Counted from the first letter of the stretch, positions 29,771 through 40,713 are shown. The stretch is 64,000 nucleotides of DNA from Candidatus Obscuribacteraceae bacterium (GCA_044226015.1 JBGAHS010000001.1:32001-96000); one strand, 5' to 3'. Numbers and translations are program-made. The notes: generated by a model from the letters alone, not told the origin.

Positions 29771-31990
29771 TTGCCGAAGCTTGAAGCCCCCAACGTGGTA
29801 GGATGCAGTAAGAGTCGGGATTCAGTTGTGGCAAAAAACAACCTCAAATTAAGCACCCTTGACCTTAAGCGACGAATTTTCATTCGTACATTGGGTGTTA
29901 CTTATCCCTACTGGGGATTAGCCTGTGTTGGTATGATAAATGACCTGTTCAATAGGATTGCATCCCGCCAACTCTTCGGAGATTGGAAAGACATCTTTTT
30001 GATTTTCGCCCCAATTTGTTTGTTAGCTGGCTACACATTTTCTTTCCGCTTGCTTTTTTCTGCGCTCGAATTGACTCCGGAAAAATTGATATTTCCAGGT
30101 TGGCTGAAGAAAGCTTATCCTGGCAAATTTTTGAATTCTCTGGTTTGTGTTGATTCTGGCAGCAGCTCAATGCTCGAATTTAATTTTCAGGATGAGAATG
30201 CACAAACCAGCACTGAGCGCGTTCCACTACAGCGCCTGAGCTATTCTGATCGACTGGCTCTTCTAAATTTCATCGAGAAGCATTTTCCAAACACGAAAAT
30301 TGATGGTGAATCGCGGCAGCTGATCGAAAAGCCTGAGCAAGTAGAGTTTATTGCTGGGTCCGAGCTTTCTGTTCCCTACAATGGACATTTTCGGTTCAAG
30401 TCATTTCTGCAAACCTGTCTAGAAGTTGAGCGCCATTTCTGGACTGCCTGGTTGCTTGTCTGCATTCCTATTGCGATTTTCTTGATGCCGCTTCTTGCGC
30501 TGGGTCCTGTGAACCTGTTTCTTAAGTCATCTAATAAAAGTACGATGGCAGTCGATCAGCTTTGGAGTCAATGGAGCATGATTTGGGTTAACCATTTCGG
30601 TGAACTTTTGAGAGTCTTTGAAAGAGGGGTCATGGCCTGGGGCGATGTCTTTAACCGAAATGAAGCACTTGCATTAACTGTTGATTTAATTGCTTTTGGC
30701 ATTTTTGCAAAGTGGATAGTTTCTGCTATTAAACCTGCATTCATTACGGTTGGACCTTCCGAATTCAGGCTTGTTTTCTTGCAGATTGGTGGGTATCGCC
30801 TGTGTCGCAAGGTTGCTCTGAAAGATTGCAAGAAAGCAAAAATTGAGAGCGATACTAAATCAGTTGCCAAATCAAAGCTTAGATTGGAAGATGAAAAAGG
30901 CGCAGAACTTATTTCGTTTGAACTTGCTGGCATCGATAAGCAAAAGCATCGTGCTGAAATTTACAAAGCCCTGGAATTCTATGCGCCTCACGTGGAGCTT
31001 GACCCAAACTTCATTGAGTCTGTACAGCGAAATCAAAATCAAAGCTGTACTGAGCTCTGGTTGCAATCGTTGAGCACTCCGCCAAAACGCGATAGATTGA
31101 GTCCGTTGAAGGGTGGCGATCATCTTCAGGGTGGAAATTTTAGAATACTGGACATAGTTGGCTCTGGAGGGCAGGGAATAGCTTATCTCTCAGAGCAAGA
31201 GGGACAAGCAGAAACCGTCGTCGTGAAGGAATTTATACTTCCGGTTTTTGTGGATAGGCGTGCAAGGCAGCAGGCTCTTGAGCGATTTGAGAACGAGGCA
31301 AAATTGCTATATTCAATCTGCCATCCAAATGTAGTTTCATTGAAAGCTCATTTCATAGAGGACCATAGGGCTTATCTTGTACTGGAAAGGGTGAACGGAA
31401 AATCACTGCGCAAGCTTTTTAGTGAAAGTCCGATTCGCGATGAAAAGGCTTTGAATAATATTGTGAATCAGATGGTTGAGATTTTACGCTATCTTCATTC
31501 ACTTGCACCGCCCTTAGTGCATCGTGACTTTACTCCGGATAATTTGATATTGGATGAATCAGGCGTTCTTAAATTGATTGACTTCAATGTTGCAAGACAG
31601 TCTGAAGGCAAATCAAGAACGGCGGTTGTTGGAAAACATGCTTACATGCCCCCGGAACAGTTTGCAGGCAAGCCACGTCCACAAAGCGACCTTTATGCTC
31701 TAGGTGCGACGCTTTTTTTCTGCTTGAGGGGGGAAGATCCCGAACCGTTTACCCAATCTTTGCTTCCTGATTTAGGAAGCGATTTCTCGGGGCTCTGGCA
31801 TGAAATTGTTTGGAATTGCACTGCCCTGGCGCTGGCAGATAGGGTAGCTAGTGCGGCAGATTTAGCGCAATTGCTAGAAAGTTATTCGACAAAAACAGAT
31901 ATGGATACCTCTAACTCTTCTTCCAACGATCTTGATGAACCAGAGTCAATTAGTATTGCCATTGAAGAGATTGAACAAATTCATGGCTGA
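29771..31990 (+). CDS. Membrane protein with a C-terminal Ser/Thr kinase domain (start uncertain)
   Basis: N-terminal TM segments; GSGGQG, VVKE, HRDFTPDN, DFN, YMPPEQ. Confidence 0.85.
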   Translation: MPKLEAPNVVGCSKSRDSVVAKNNLKLSTLDLKRRIFIRTLGVTYPYWGLACVGMINDLFNRIASRQLFGDWKDIFLIFAPICLLAGYTFSFRLLFSALELTPEKLIFPGWLKKAYPGKFLNSLVCVDSGSSSMLEFNFQDENAQTSTERVPLQRLSYSDRLALLNFIEKHFPNTKIDGESRQLIEKPEQVEFIAGSELSVPYNGHFRFKSFLQTCLEVERHFWTAWLLVCIPIAIFLMPLLALGPVNLFLKSSNKSTMAVDQLWSQWSMIWVNHFGELLRVFERGVMAWGDVFNRNEALALTVDLIAFGIFAKWIVSAIKPAFITVGPSEFRLVFLQIGGYRLCRKVALKDCKKAKIESDTKSVAKSKLRLEDEKGAELISFELAGIDKQKHRAEIYKALEFYAPHVELDPNFIESVQRNQNQSCTELWLQSLSTPPKRDRLSPLKGGDHLQGGNFRILDIVGSGGQGIAYLSEQEGQAETVVVKEFILPVFVDRRARQQALERFENEAKLLYSICHPNVVSLKAHFIEDHRAYLVLERVNGKSLRKLFSESPIRDEKALNNIVNQMVEILRYLHSLAPPLVHRDFTPDNLILDESGVLKLIDFNVARQSEGKSRTAVVGKHAYMPPEQFAGKPRPQSDLYALGATLFFCLRGEDPEPFTQSLLPDLGSDFSGLWHEIVWNCTALALADRVASAADLAQLLESYSTKTDMDTSNSSSNDLDEPESISIAIEEIEQIHG

Positions 31991-33407
31991 TATTGTTGTA
32001 ACACTAAAGTATCCAAATCCCAGAGCGCGAGTTGCCTTTGCGATTGTGACAGCCCTGATGCCAGTCTGGGGAGCGATCATGCCCATAATGGGAGTAGCAC
32101 TTTTTGTTTTGCTGCTTATCCTGGGAGCGCCTCCAAATCAGCTTGTCTTGGTTTTGGGAATCGCTTCATCGCTTTTATTGACCGCGTTATTCAGTGCCAT
32201 TTTGTTTATAAGATTGGCTGACAAAAAACTCCTTCTCAGTCGTGATGGTTTGCGCCTTCCAGGCAGCAGTGTCATTTTCAAGAAGCGCGAATTCAACTGG
32301 GCTGAAATTAGCAATGTTATTTTCTCGGGCAGTCTGTTAGAAGGAAAGCAGAATTTTGCAATCAATATCAATACCAAATCTGGTGATAATTTCAAAATTT
32401 TTGCCAAAAGATTGAGTTACGAAGACCTCGAACAACTAGTGCTGGCGCTGGAGTTGTGGGCTGAGCCTGGAACTATGGACGATAAGATATCGTTTGTTAA
32501 AGATGAGCTGCAGGTTCATCTGCATAAGCAAATTTCTTCGTCTGAACATTCCGGTCAAAGCTACACTGAAATCTGGGAAGAGGAGTTAGAACGTAGATTT
32601 AATAGCACAGCATTTATGGTTCTGGAGCCAGATGCTTCCCTTCGTAGTGGAGAACTGGTCATTGTTCGCCAGCTTTCTTTTGGTGGTTTGTCGGCAATTT
32701 ATTTATGTCAGCAAAACAAGAGAGAGCTGATGGTCTTAAAAGAGTCGGTGGTTCCGGCTGATGCTAATGATGAATTGCGACAGCAAGCCGAGCAGATGTT
32801 TGAGCGGGAAGCTAAATTCCTGATGAAGCTCGCCCACCCTAATATCGTAAAAGTGAATGACTATTTTGTAGAAAGGGGACGCAACTACCTGCTTCTTGAG
32901 CACATTAATGGTGCAGATTTACGTCAATTCGTCATTAAGAACGGTCCCCTGACCGAAAACCGTGTGTGGCAGATTGCTCGAACACTGACCGAGGTTCTAA
33001 AATACTTGCACGAACAAAACCCCTGCATAATTCATCGCGATTTAACCCCAGACAATATAGTTCTGGAGAATGGACGTGTAGTTAAGGTCATTGATTTTGG
33101 TGCCGCCAATGAATTCATCGGAACAGCAACAGGAACGCTTATTGGAAAGCAATCATACTTGCCCCTGGAGCAGTTGCGTGGCAAGGCTGTTCCGCAAAGC
33201 GATATTTACGCTCTGGGGTGCACACTTTTTTTCTTGCTGACAGGAGAAGATCCAGAGCCGTTAGCTGTGGTTCGGGTGCGCTCTGTTCGCCACGAACTTA
33301 GCGAAGCTCTGGATGAATTCATTGCAGCTTGCACCGATGCTGATTACAAAAAACGTCCAGCCAGCGCTGCTGATATTCTCGATAGACTAGCCGCGCAAGC
33401 CACCTGA
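31983..33407 (+). CDS. Membrane protein with a C-terminal Ser/Thr kinase domain, paralog of the upstream gene
   Basis: Two TM helices; SFGGLS, VLKE, HRDLTPDN, DFG, YLPLEQ; ATG overlaps the upstream stop. Confidence 0.85.
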   Translation: MADIVVTLKYPNPRARVAFAIVTALMPVWGAIMPIMGVALFVLLLILGAPPNQLVLVLGIASSLLLTALFSAILFIRLADKKLLLSRDGLRLPGSSVIFKKREFNWAEISNVIFSGSLLEGKQNFAININTKSGDNFKIFAKRLSYEDLEQLVLALELWAEPGTMDDKISFVKDELQVHLHKQISSSEHSGQSYTEIWEEELERRFNSTAFMVLEPDASLRSGELVIVRQLSFGGLSAIYLCQQNKRELMVLKESVVPADANDELRQQAEQMFEREAKFLMKLAHPNIVKVNDYFVERGRNYLLLEHINGADLRQFVIKNGPLTENRVWQIARTLTEVLKYLHEQNPCIIHRDLTPDNIVLENGRVVKVIDFGAANEFIGTATGTLIGKQSYLPLEQLRGKAVPQSDIYALGCTLFFLLTGEDPEPLAVVRVRSVRHELSEALDEFIAACTDADYKKRPASAADILDRLAAQAT

Positions 33408-34139
33408 AATTACCCAGCTTTCGCCGGTAATCCAGCTTGACTCTGGGGAGGATAAGAACACTACAGCAGGAGCGATATCGTCTGGGGTGCCAATGCGTCC
33501 CAACGGTGTTTGGGACTCAACATGGGTTCTAAAATCGCTTTCGTGAAAACCTGCTGTTCTAAATCCCTCAGTGTCAACCATTCCAGGATTTACGGTATTT
33601 ACTCGAATTTTTCGAGGTCCGAGTTCTTTTGCTAGCGATTTCGTGATGGTATCGACTGCGGCTTTTGTTCCGCTGTAAACAGACCCTGTTGCGGGTGCAT
33701 AAGTGCTAGCAACTGAACTTATGTTGATGATGCTTCCACCGTTTTCGCTAAAGTGTTTAACCGATTCCTGAATACTCAATACAAGTCCGAGCACATTCAA
33801 ATTAAACAAGCGATGAAAGTGCTCTTCGGTAATTTTATCAATTGGAAGAAACTCGTAAACGCCTGCATTGTTCACAACAATGTCCAGCCCACCAAATGCT
33901 TTCTTTGTCTCAGCGTAAAGCTTTTCAATATCTTCCCTTTTGCTCATATCAGCATGAACTGCTATGGCTTTGCCACCATTGGCGGTGATGTCCTTTACGA
34001 CTTTGTCGGCGCCTTCTTTGCTCGATGCATAGTTCACTACTACTGAAGCACCCTCTTTTGCAAGGTGTTTAGCGATGCCTGCTCCTATGCCTTTTGATGC
34101 ACCTGTGACTACAGCTACTTTATTGATCAACTTACCCAT
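33387..34139 (-). CDS. Short-chain dehydrogenase/reductase (FabG/glucose-1-dehydrogenase-like)
   Basis: TGASKGIG, NNAG, YSGTK, NPG. Confidence 0.93.
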   Translation of the reverse strand: MGKLINKVAVVTGASKGIGAGIAKHLAKEGASVVVNYASSKEGADKVVKDITANGGKAIAVHADMSKREDIEKLYAETKKAFGGLDIVVNNAGVYEFLPIDKITEEHFHRLFNLNVLGLVLSIQESVKHFSENGGSIINISSVASTYAPATGSVYSGTKAAVDTITKSLAKELGPRKIRVNTVNPGMVDTEGFRTAGFHESDFRTHVESQTPLGRIGTPDDIAPAVVFLSSPESSWITGESWVISGGLRG

Positions 34140-34354
34140 TTCTTTTTCCTTCTTTCTGCAATCTAAGACTGGGACAGAACCGTGCTGTCCTTACTAATGA
34201 TTCGTTCTAATTTTCCTGAGGCTTGAGCCTTTGCTTTGCCTCTTCTGATGAAATAATAGACCGGTCGGTCTAACTCGTCAACTCCCCCAAAATTATTTCT
34301 TTTGAGTATCGCCATTCGTCTGCAAATGGGGTAAATAGACCTTAGAGACAATGT

Positions 34355-36403
34355 GTGGCGGTTTTTTGCGTGCTTGATATTAGCGAAATTCGAGCTGAGT
34401 TTCTAAAAGAGAGCATTACGATTCTTGAGCCTTTAGCGCAAGGAGGCATGGCTGACGTCTTCAAAGCAAAACAAGACGTTATGGACAGATTGGTTGCGGT
34501 AAAGGTTTTGCGGCTTACTGAGGAGTCAGACCTGACAAGGTTTCAAAATGAAGCGCGAGTTTTAGGGACGCTAAATCACCCTTCAATTGTCAAAACGCTC
34601 TCCTTCGGAATATTGCCTCAGTCTCGGTGTCCATACATGGTTTTGGAATTCATCGATGGCATCACTCTGGCTAAAGAGATGGAAACTGGTCCTTTCTCTC
34701 TGAAGCGATTTAGAAGTGTATTCATTCCGCTATTATCAGCGCTCAGCTATGCTCATGAGAAAGGATTGGTCCATCGAGATGTGAAGCCTTCGAACGTCAT
34801 GGTTGGTTGTGAAGCCGATGGCAGCGAGTTCGTGAAATTGCTTGATTTCGGTATTGCACGGGTTATACAAGACGAAGGTTCAGAAGCGCAAAATCTCACG
34901 CGTACCGGAACATTGTTAGGTAGCCCCTCGTACATGAGTCCAGAGCAGTGCAAAGGTCAGCCGCTTAATAATAAATCTGACATCTACTCTTTGAGCTGTG
35001 TCATGTTTGAAGCGCTATACGGTCGACCTGTTTTTGAGGCGAACAGTGCTCTGGAGATAATGTCCTTGCATGTGAATGGCTCACCACCTACGATGGCAGA
35101 TCTGCGCCGTAACTTCGATAGCAGTGATCGGCTGTCCCAGCTTATTTTAGCAGGACTTGCAAAAGAGCCTGATTCGCGACCTACAGCAGCAGAATTCACG
35201 TCGAAGTTACAGCGCATTTTAGACTCTACAACTTTAAGCAGGGTACCACGGCTGCGTACCCCTGCAAGCAATAATTCAAAGCTGATGCTACTAATTCTTG
35301 GTCTGAGTCTTTTGTTCGCCGCTGTTACAGGCAAAGTCTATTTTGATCGTGCAAGGACAAATAGCGACCCTTCCGTGAACATGCAGGAGAAAGATTTAGG
35401 TCCGAGTACCTTATGGAGTCGTGGGAAAGCGCTAGAGCAACAGGGTCACTATCTTGAGGCTATGGAGCGGTATCAAGCTGCCTTGAATGCGCTTGGACAC
35501 AGGAAGCACCATGATGAGCTGAATTTTCTCCTGAATTCTCGCATGGCAGATTGCTGCAGTAACTTGTATGTCATTAACAATAAAGATGAGCAATGGTACG
35601 AGAAAGCGAATAATTATGCGTCCATCGCATGGAATTATTCTCTTGATCATTTTGCTGACTCAGAGCGCGAACGCGGTAACTTTATGGATGCTTGTCGAAT
35701 TCAGTGCGGTCTGCGTTCTATGAAGAAGGAGCTTGAGGGCACGATACCGAATATAGTGGCAGAAGCTGAGAAGAGGCTTAAGGGAAATACCTGGGAATTA
35801 CTTGAAGTAGAAGGGGCTGCTTACGTGAAGCTGCTTGATTGCGGCAGGCTTGACCTCGCTGAGTCTTTGATAGGACGTATGCAGAAACAATCTGTGGAAT
35901 TTGGCTCGGACTCGTATCCTTATGTGAAGGTACTGTCGCAAAAATTGGTGCTGCTGTCCAAGAAAGGAGAATTTGAAGAGGTTCGCAGTGGCGCTCTCGC
36001 TCTCGGAAGGCAATTGATTCTTGCTCCGGGAAAAACGTTTACTTCCGACCGCCGTCTGAACCTTTTAGCAAATGCAATTTTTATGGCATTATCTGATGCT
36101 AAAGAGCCATCCATAATCGAAGAGCTAATTCTGTACAACGATAAGGAAAATCCAAAAGATAAGATTTCGGACGCATATCAATATGCTGTCTGCTATTTGA
36201 GGCTGGGAAGTACCTATGTCGAAATGAAGAACTGGAAGAAGGCTATACCTCCGTTGCAAACCTGTTGGAGTAATTTGAAGATGGAGCAAACAGAGATACG
36301 CCCTACGCAGAAGTCTTGTCTGGATTTGCTTGTTTTGTCATATTCTTCTCTGGGACTCGCCCGCGAAGCTGAACAATACAGGAGAATGAGGGAAAAACTC
36401 TAG
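34355..36403 (+). CDS. Ser/Thr protein kinase with TM helix and TPR-like C-terminus
   Basis: AQGGM, VAVK, HRDVKPSN, DFG, YMSPE. Confidence 0.92.
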   Translation: MAVFCVLDISEIRAEFLKESITILEPLAQGGMADVFKAKQDVMDRLVAVKVLRLTEESDLTRFQNEARVLGTLNHPSIVKTLSFGILPQSRCPYMVLEFIDGITLAKEMETGPFSLKRFRSVFIPLLSALSYAHEKGLVHRDVKPSNVMVGCEADGSEFVKLLDFGIARVIQDEGSEAQNLTRTGTLLGSPSYMSPEQCKGQPLNNKSDIYSLSCVMFEALYGRPVFEANSALEIMSLHVNGSPPTMADLRRNFDSSDRLSQLILAGLAKEPDSRPTAAEFTSKLQRILDSTTLSRVPRLRTPASNNSKLMLLILGLSLLFAAVTGKVYFDRARTNSDPSVNMQEKDLGPSTLWSRGKALEQQGHYLEAMERYQAALNALGHRKHHDELNFLLNSRMADCCSNLYVINNKDEQWYEKANNYASIAWNYSLDHFADSERERGNFMDACRIQCGLRSMKKELEGTIPNIVAEAEKRLKGNTWELLEVEGAAYVKLLDCGRLDLAESLIGRMQKQSVEFGSDSYPYVKVLSQKLVLLSKKGEFEEVRSGALALGRQLILAPGKTFTSDRRLNLLANAIFMALSDAKEPSIIEELILYNDKENPKDKISDAYQYAVCYLRLGSTYVEMKNWKKAIPPLQTCWSNLKMEQTEIRPTQKSCLDLLVLSYSSLGLAREAEQYRRMREKL

Positions 36404-36425
36404 TGGTATCAACTGCGGTATCGGC

Positions 36426-36977
36426 TTAAGGCTTGCTGGAAGGCGGCGGCGCCATTGGCTCCGAGATGCGAATTACTCGGCTAATTTGACGCAGCAAAAG
36501 TTGCGGGTCTTCCTGTGTTGGTGAGTCAATCATCAAAAGCCCGTTGTCGCGGTAATAAGGATTTACATAGCTTGGGTAAGTTTCTGCACTGGAAATATAC
36601 GCTATTTTGCCTGCCCGTTCGAGGGCTATAGCGAGAACCACTGACGCTTTCGTTCCGTATGGAGTCTCAAGATATAAAATAGCAGGTTCTAAGAGTTCTA
36701 CTCCAACATGTTCAAAAACCTCAGTCAAATAGACTGAATGCTCCGCAAGTAGCTCGGGATCATCGTTGTAGAACTTGAGTGCTTCTTGAACAACTTCGAT
36801 ATCACCGTCGATGAGAGCATAACCAAGGTTGACTATGCCGCCAAAATTCTGGTTAGGGCTCAGTTCATCCATGTTGCCCAGTTTAATGAACAATTCCAGT
36901 TGCGCTCGCATTACGTCGGAATCAAAAGCGAAGTCCGTTTGCGCGGAATAATTCATTTGTGATTTGCTGCCCAGCAT
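36426..36977 (-). CDS. Hypothetical protein
   Basis: 183-aa ATG-started ORF filling the intergenic space; no motif recognised. Confidence 0.6.
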   Translation of the reverse strand: MLGSKSQMNYSAQTDFAFDSDVMRAQLELFIKLGNMDELSPNQNFGGIVNLGYALIDGDIEVVQEALKFYNDDPELLAEHSVYLTEVFEHVGVELLEPAILYLETPYGTKASVVLAIALERAGKIAYISSAETYPSYVNPYYRDNGLLMIDSPTQEDPQLLLRQISRVIRISEPMAPPPSSKP

Positions 36978-37260
36978 CTCGATAGCCCCCAGATAATCGT
37001 ACCCAGACGAATGGAAATACGTCGGAATTCAGATCGATTCGGGATTCGGCAAGGAACATTCGTCAGTCGAGATGACAGCGCTGCTCCGCTAATTTCTAAT
37101 TGGTAAGTGCATAAACGGCTATTAGCCGAACCCGATCCTATTTATGCCCTTCAAATGTGCAACGAAAAGGCTAAAATGTCAAGTGGGCTGAAGTGCGTAT
37201 TTTGGGCGCTGGAATGCCAGTTTTGGCGGCAGAAGCATTGTATTTGTGGGCTTGTATCGC

Positions 37261-37360
37261 CTGGCGGCTTTGAGTCTGCGGCATCGAATCTGGGAGCGCC
37301 ATTCTGGCGGCTTCGAGTCTGGCGGCATCGAATCTGGGAGCGCCATTCTGGCGGCTTCGA
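37261..37360. repeat. Intergenic tandem repeat (~44-bp unit, about 2.4 copies)
   Basis: ctggcggcttcgagtctggcggcatcgaatctgggagcgccatt repeated. Confidence 0.8.
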
Positions 37361-37413
37361 CTACTTAGTTTCCATTTCGTTGCCGAGGCGCTCCCATAGT
37401 TAGTTCGGCAGTT

Positions 37414-38442
37414 TTACTTGACGCTAACTGCCTTCTTCTCAGGGGTCCAGTATTGATCACGATACTTGCGGTAGTACTCGATGGTTTTAGCGAGCCCATC
37501 TTCTAGCGATGTCGTCGGCTTCCAGCCAACAAGGCGTTCCATCTTTTTCACATCGGAATAGAAGTCGCCCGGTTCTTGCGCTTTGCGTTCTGCTGAGAAT
37601 TCTGCGAATTCCCACTTGCCTTGGTTTGCCACTTTGATGATGGACTGCACAAGTTCAAGGAAGCTGACCGGAATATCCGAGCCTACGTTAAAGATCTCGC
37701 CGTAAGCAGCTTCGGTAACCGCCGACATCAAAATTGCATCTACACAATCATCTGAGTAGAGGAAGTCGCGCAAAATGCTACCGTCGCCGAAGACCTTGAT
37801 GGTGTCGTCATCGAGTGCAACACGAACGAACCAGTTAGCCACGCCAAATCTGGAGTGCTTCATCTGCGATCTCGGTCCATATATATTGCTCAGGCGCAGT
37901 AGGACTGATCTGATGCCGTGTACGTCGTTATAAACCTTGATGATTTTTTCAGCGCTCAGATTAGAAATTTCGTATATGCCTTTCGGGTTGGTTGGCGCTT
38001 CTTCATTCACTGGAAGTGAGACTGATGGTCCGTATTGTCCGCGTGTTCCGGTATATACAACGACTGCATTTTTGTTGTGTTTACGCAGTGCTTCCATGAG
38101 AATTGCGGTGCCAGTTATGTTGATTTCGATATCTGGAAACGGATTCGAGAGGCTCATGAGATGGCAAACTTGCCCAGCCAAATGGAAAACAAAATCCTGA
38201 TTTTTAACTAGATAAATAACTGCATTCTCATCACGAATGTCACAGTAGTTAATACGAACACGATCTTTTATTGGATGAACGTTGAATTCGTTGCCACCAT
38301 AATCAGGAATCATCGAGTCCATTATTGTGACGTTTGCACCAAGCTCAACGAGACGAATGGCCAAACTTGAACCAATGAATCCCATGCCGCCTGTGATTAG
38401 CACAGACTTTCCGGCGAAACTTTTTGCATCGATGGCAGACAT
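37414..38442 (-). CDS. NAD-dependent epimerase/dehydratase (extended SDR)
   Basis: TGGMGFIG, FHLAG, YEISN (YxxxK variant with Asn), NIYGP, RDFLY. Confidence 0.9.
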   Translation of the reverse strand: MSAIDAKSFAGKSVLITGGMGFIGSSLAIRLVELGANVTIMDSMIPDYGGNEFNVHPIKDRVRINYCDIRDENAVIYLVKNQDFVFHLAGQVCHLMSLSNPFPDIEINITGTAILMEALRKHNKNAVVVYTGTRGQYGPSVSLPVNEEAPTNPKGIYEISNLSAEKIIKVYNDVHGIRSVLLRLSNIYGPRSQMKHSRFGVANWFVRVALDDDTIKVFGDGSILRDFLYSDDCVDAILMSAVTEAAYGEIFNVGSDIPVSFLELVQSIIKVANQGKWEFAEFSAERKAQEPGDFYSDVKKMERLVGWKPTTSLEDGLAKTIEYYRKYRDQYWTPEKKAVSVK

Positions 38443-38676
38443 TTGATTAGCTCCTGCTCAGATTAGAAAATCGAAAGACTGAAATTGCATCTTATCTTCG
38501 AGCGCACAAGCGCGACCTATGATCTTATCACGGAAAATCGGGCGCTTAAATGCCTGTAATGTGGCTGATATGTAGGTGATTTCAGGAGCACGTGAAGGCT
38601 ACTTAATTCAATGATTTGACGTTTCCACTACTATTACAACTGACCATATTGACGACCCCTAATAAGGAGTTTTGTA

Positions 38677-39855
38677 GTGGCTTTAAATGTTCCGTTTGGC
38701 GACATGAAAGTTCGTTATCAGGCTATTCGCTCTGACATCGATACAGCAGTTCAACGCGTTCTCGACAGTGGCTGGTACATTTTGGGACCAGAATTAGAAG
38801 CATTCGAGAAGCAATTTGCTGAATTCTTGGGCGTCAACTATGTCGTTGGTTGTGCATCAGGCACTGAAGCTATTTACCTCGCCCTGGCAGCTGCAGGGGT
38901 AGGACCCGGAGACGAAGTTATCGTTGTTGCGCACACAGCAGTCCCAACGATTTCCGCAATTTCAATGACAGGCGCAGAGCCTGTATTTGTCGACATCGAT
39001 CCGACAAGTTATGTCATGGACGTGACGAAGGTTGAAGCAAAAATTACAGCTAGCACCAAAGCAATTGTTCCTGTTCATTTGTATGGACAAATGGTCGACA
39101 TGGAACCTTTGCTGAAACTAGGTATGCAAAAGGGTATCCCTGTAATTGAAGATATCGCTCAGGCAACTGGTGCTGTGTACAAGCTTAAACAAGCTGGCAG
39201 CATGGGTGCTTTCGGTGCATTCAGTTTCTATCCAAGCAAAAATCTTGGAGCATTCGGCGATGGCGGTGCAGTTTGCACTAACTCCAAAGAAGGCTATGAA
39301 AAGCTACTGAAACTCCGCAATTATGGACAATCGAAGCGCTACTATCATGACGAAGTCGGTATCAATAGCCGTCTTGATGAAATGCAAGCCGCAATTCTTT
39401 CCGCGCAACTTCCTTACCTCGTTCAGTGGAACAAGCGTCGTCGCGAAATCGCGAAACTTTACACAGAAGGTCTGCATGACCTGGTTATCACCCCAGCAGA
39501 ATCAGCAAACACATCTCACGTCTACCACTTGTATGTAATTCAGACGAATGATCGTGACGGTTTGCAGAAGTATTTGGCTGAGAAGGGTATCGGAACCCTG
39601 ATTCACTATCCAGTTCCAGCACATCTTCAAAGAGCCTATTCATATCGTGGATACAAGACTGGCGATTTGCCTGCGACCGAGCAATTGGTTAAGCGCATTT
39701 TGAGCCTGCCGATGTACCCAGAACTAACCGACGAGCAGGTAGGCTACGTAATCAAGGAAGTTCGCAACTATCACTTGAAGAATCCGAGTGCACAACTCGT
39801 GTACAACTCGGTATTCCAAACAAACTTTGTTCCGACACCTTCTACATACATGTAG
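38677..39855 (+). CDS. DegT/DnrJ/EryC1/StrS PLP-dependent sugar aminotransferase
   Basis: SGTEA, PVHLYGQ, ED.AQA, FSFYPSKNLGAFGDGG, NSRLDE. Confidence 0.95.
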   Translation: MALNVPFGDMKVRYQAIRSDIDTAVQRVLDSGWYILGPELEAFEKQFAEFLGVNYVVGCASGTEAIYLALAAAGVGPGDEVIVVAHTAVPTISAISMTGAEPVFVDIDPTSYVMDVTKVEAKITASTKAIVPVHLYGQMVDMEPLLKLGMQKGIPVIEDIAQATGAVYKLKQAGSMGAFGAFSFYPSKNLGAFGDGGAVCTNSKEGYEKLLKLRNYGQSKRYYHDEVGINSRLDEMQAAILSAQLPYLVQWNKRRREIAKLYTEGLHDLVITPAESANTSHVYHLYVIQTNDRDGLQKYLAEKGIGTLIHYPVPAHLQRAYSYRGYKTGDLPATEQLVKRILSLPMYPELTDEQVGYVIKEVRNYHLKNPSAQLVYNSVFQTNFVPTPSTYM

Positions 39856-39901
39856 AAATGACCGTTTTTGGTAGTCCCCATTTACAAACGCAAGTGAAAC
39901 T

Positions 39902-40636
39902 ATGAATCGCACACAAGCAACACCAACAAGCGCTAGAAGCCGTTCGGGAATTCCGATTCAATCAATTTCGGTAATTATTCCGGCGTACAACGATGAGACG
40001 ACTATTGCCAAGCTAGTTCAGGACACTGACTGCTTGCTCAAGGAAATCTCTAACGAATACGAAATCGTTGTTATAAATGACGGCAGTAAGGATGGGACAC
40101 TTGCTGTGCTGAAAGATTTGACCAAGAAATTCACTAACTTGCGTTTGATCAATCATGAGGTCAATCAAGGATTCGGCAAGACGATCAAAGAGCTGTATTA
40201 TGCAGGTTCGAAGGAATTGGTTTTCTCTCTGCCGGGAGACTATCAGTTCGCACCGAAAGAACTGTTGACTATGGCTCGTGGGCTTGCTGATCACGATTTC
40301 GTAATTGGACATCGTGTGAAACGCAATGATCCACCTCGCCGTAAACTACAGAGCAATATCTATAATTTGATGTTGCGCATTTTCTACGGTTGCTCGTTCC
40401 AAGACGTAAACTCCATCAAGCTTTTCCGCAAGGAAGTGCTCAACCACTTCAAGCTTGAATCAGACACACCATTTATCGACGCTGAACTTTGTATTCGTAC
40501 CCACAAGGCCGGATTCAAGGTCGTCGAAATTCCAATCGAGCATCTGCCGCGCCTTTCACAAGGTGCCTCGGGCGGCAAATTCTCGGTTATCTGGGATACA
40601 TTCTCTGACCTGGTCAAAATGTCCTCCAGAGTGTAA
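39902..40636 (+). CDS. Glycosyltransferase family 2 (DPM1-like)
   Basis: ISVIIPAYNDE, NDGSKDGT, NQGFG; DxD position reads PGD. Confidence 0.9.
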   Translation: MNRTQATPTSARSRSGIPIQSISVIIPAYNDETTIAKLVQDTDCLLKEISNEYEIVVINDGSKDGTLAVLKDLTKKFTNLRLINHEVNQGFGKTIKELYYAGSKELVFSLPGDYQFAPKELLTMARGLADHDFVIGHRVKRNDPPRRKLQSNIYNLMLRIFYGCSFQDVNSIKLFRKEVLNHFKLESDTPFIDAELCIRTHKAGFKVVEIPIEHLPRLSQGASGGKFSVIWDTFSDLVKMSSRV

Positions 40637-40678
40637 TTGTTCGAAAGAACCACTGGCAGAATTACTTCGTAGTAGTTA

Positions 40679-40713
40679 AATACAGACTCCGGTCATTGAC
40701 TGGAGTCTGTATT
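40679..40713 (+). terminator. Intrinsic terminator, possibly bidirectional
   Basis: aatacagactccggtca-t-tgactggagtctgtatt followed by atttt, between convergent genes. Confidence 0.75.
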
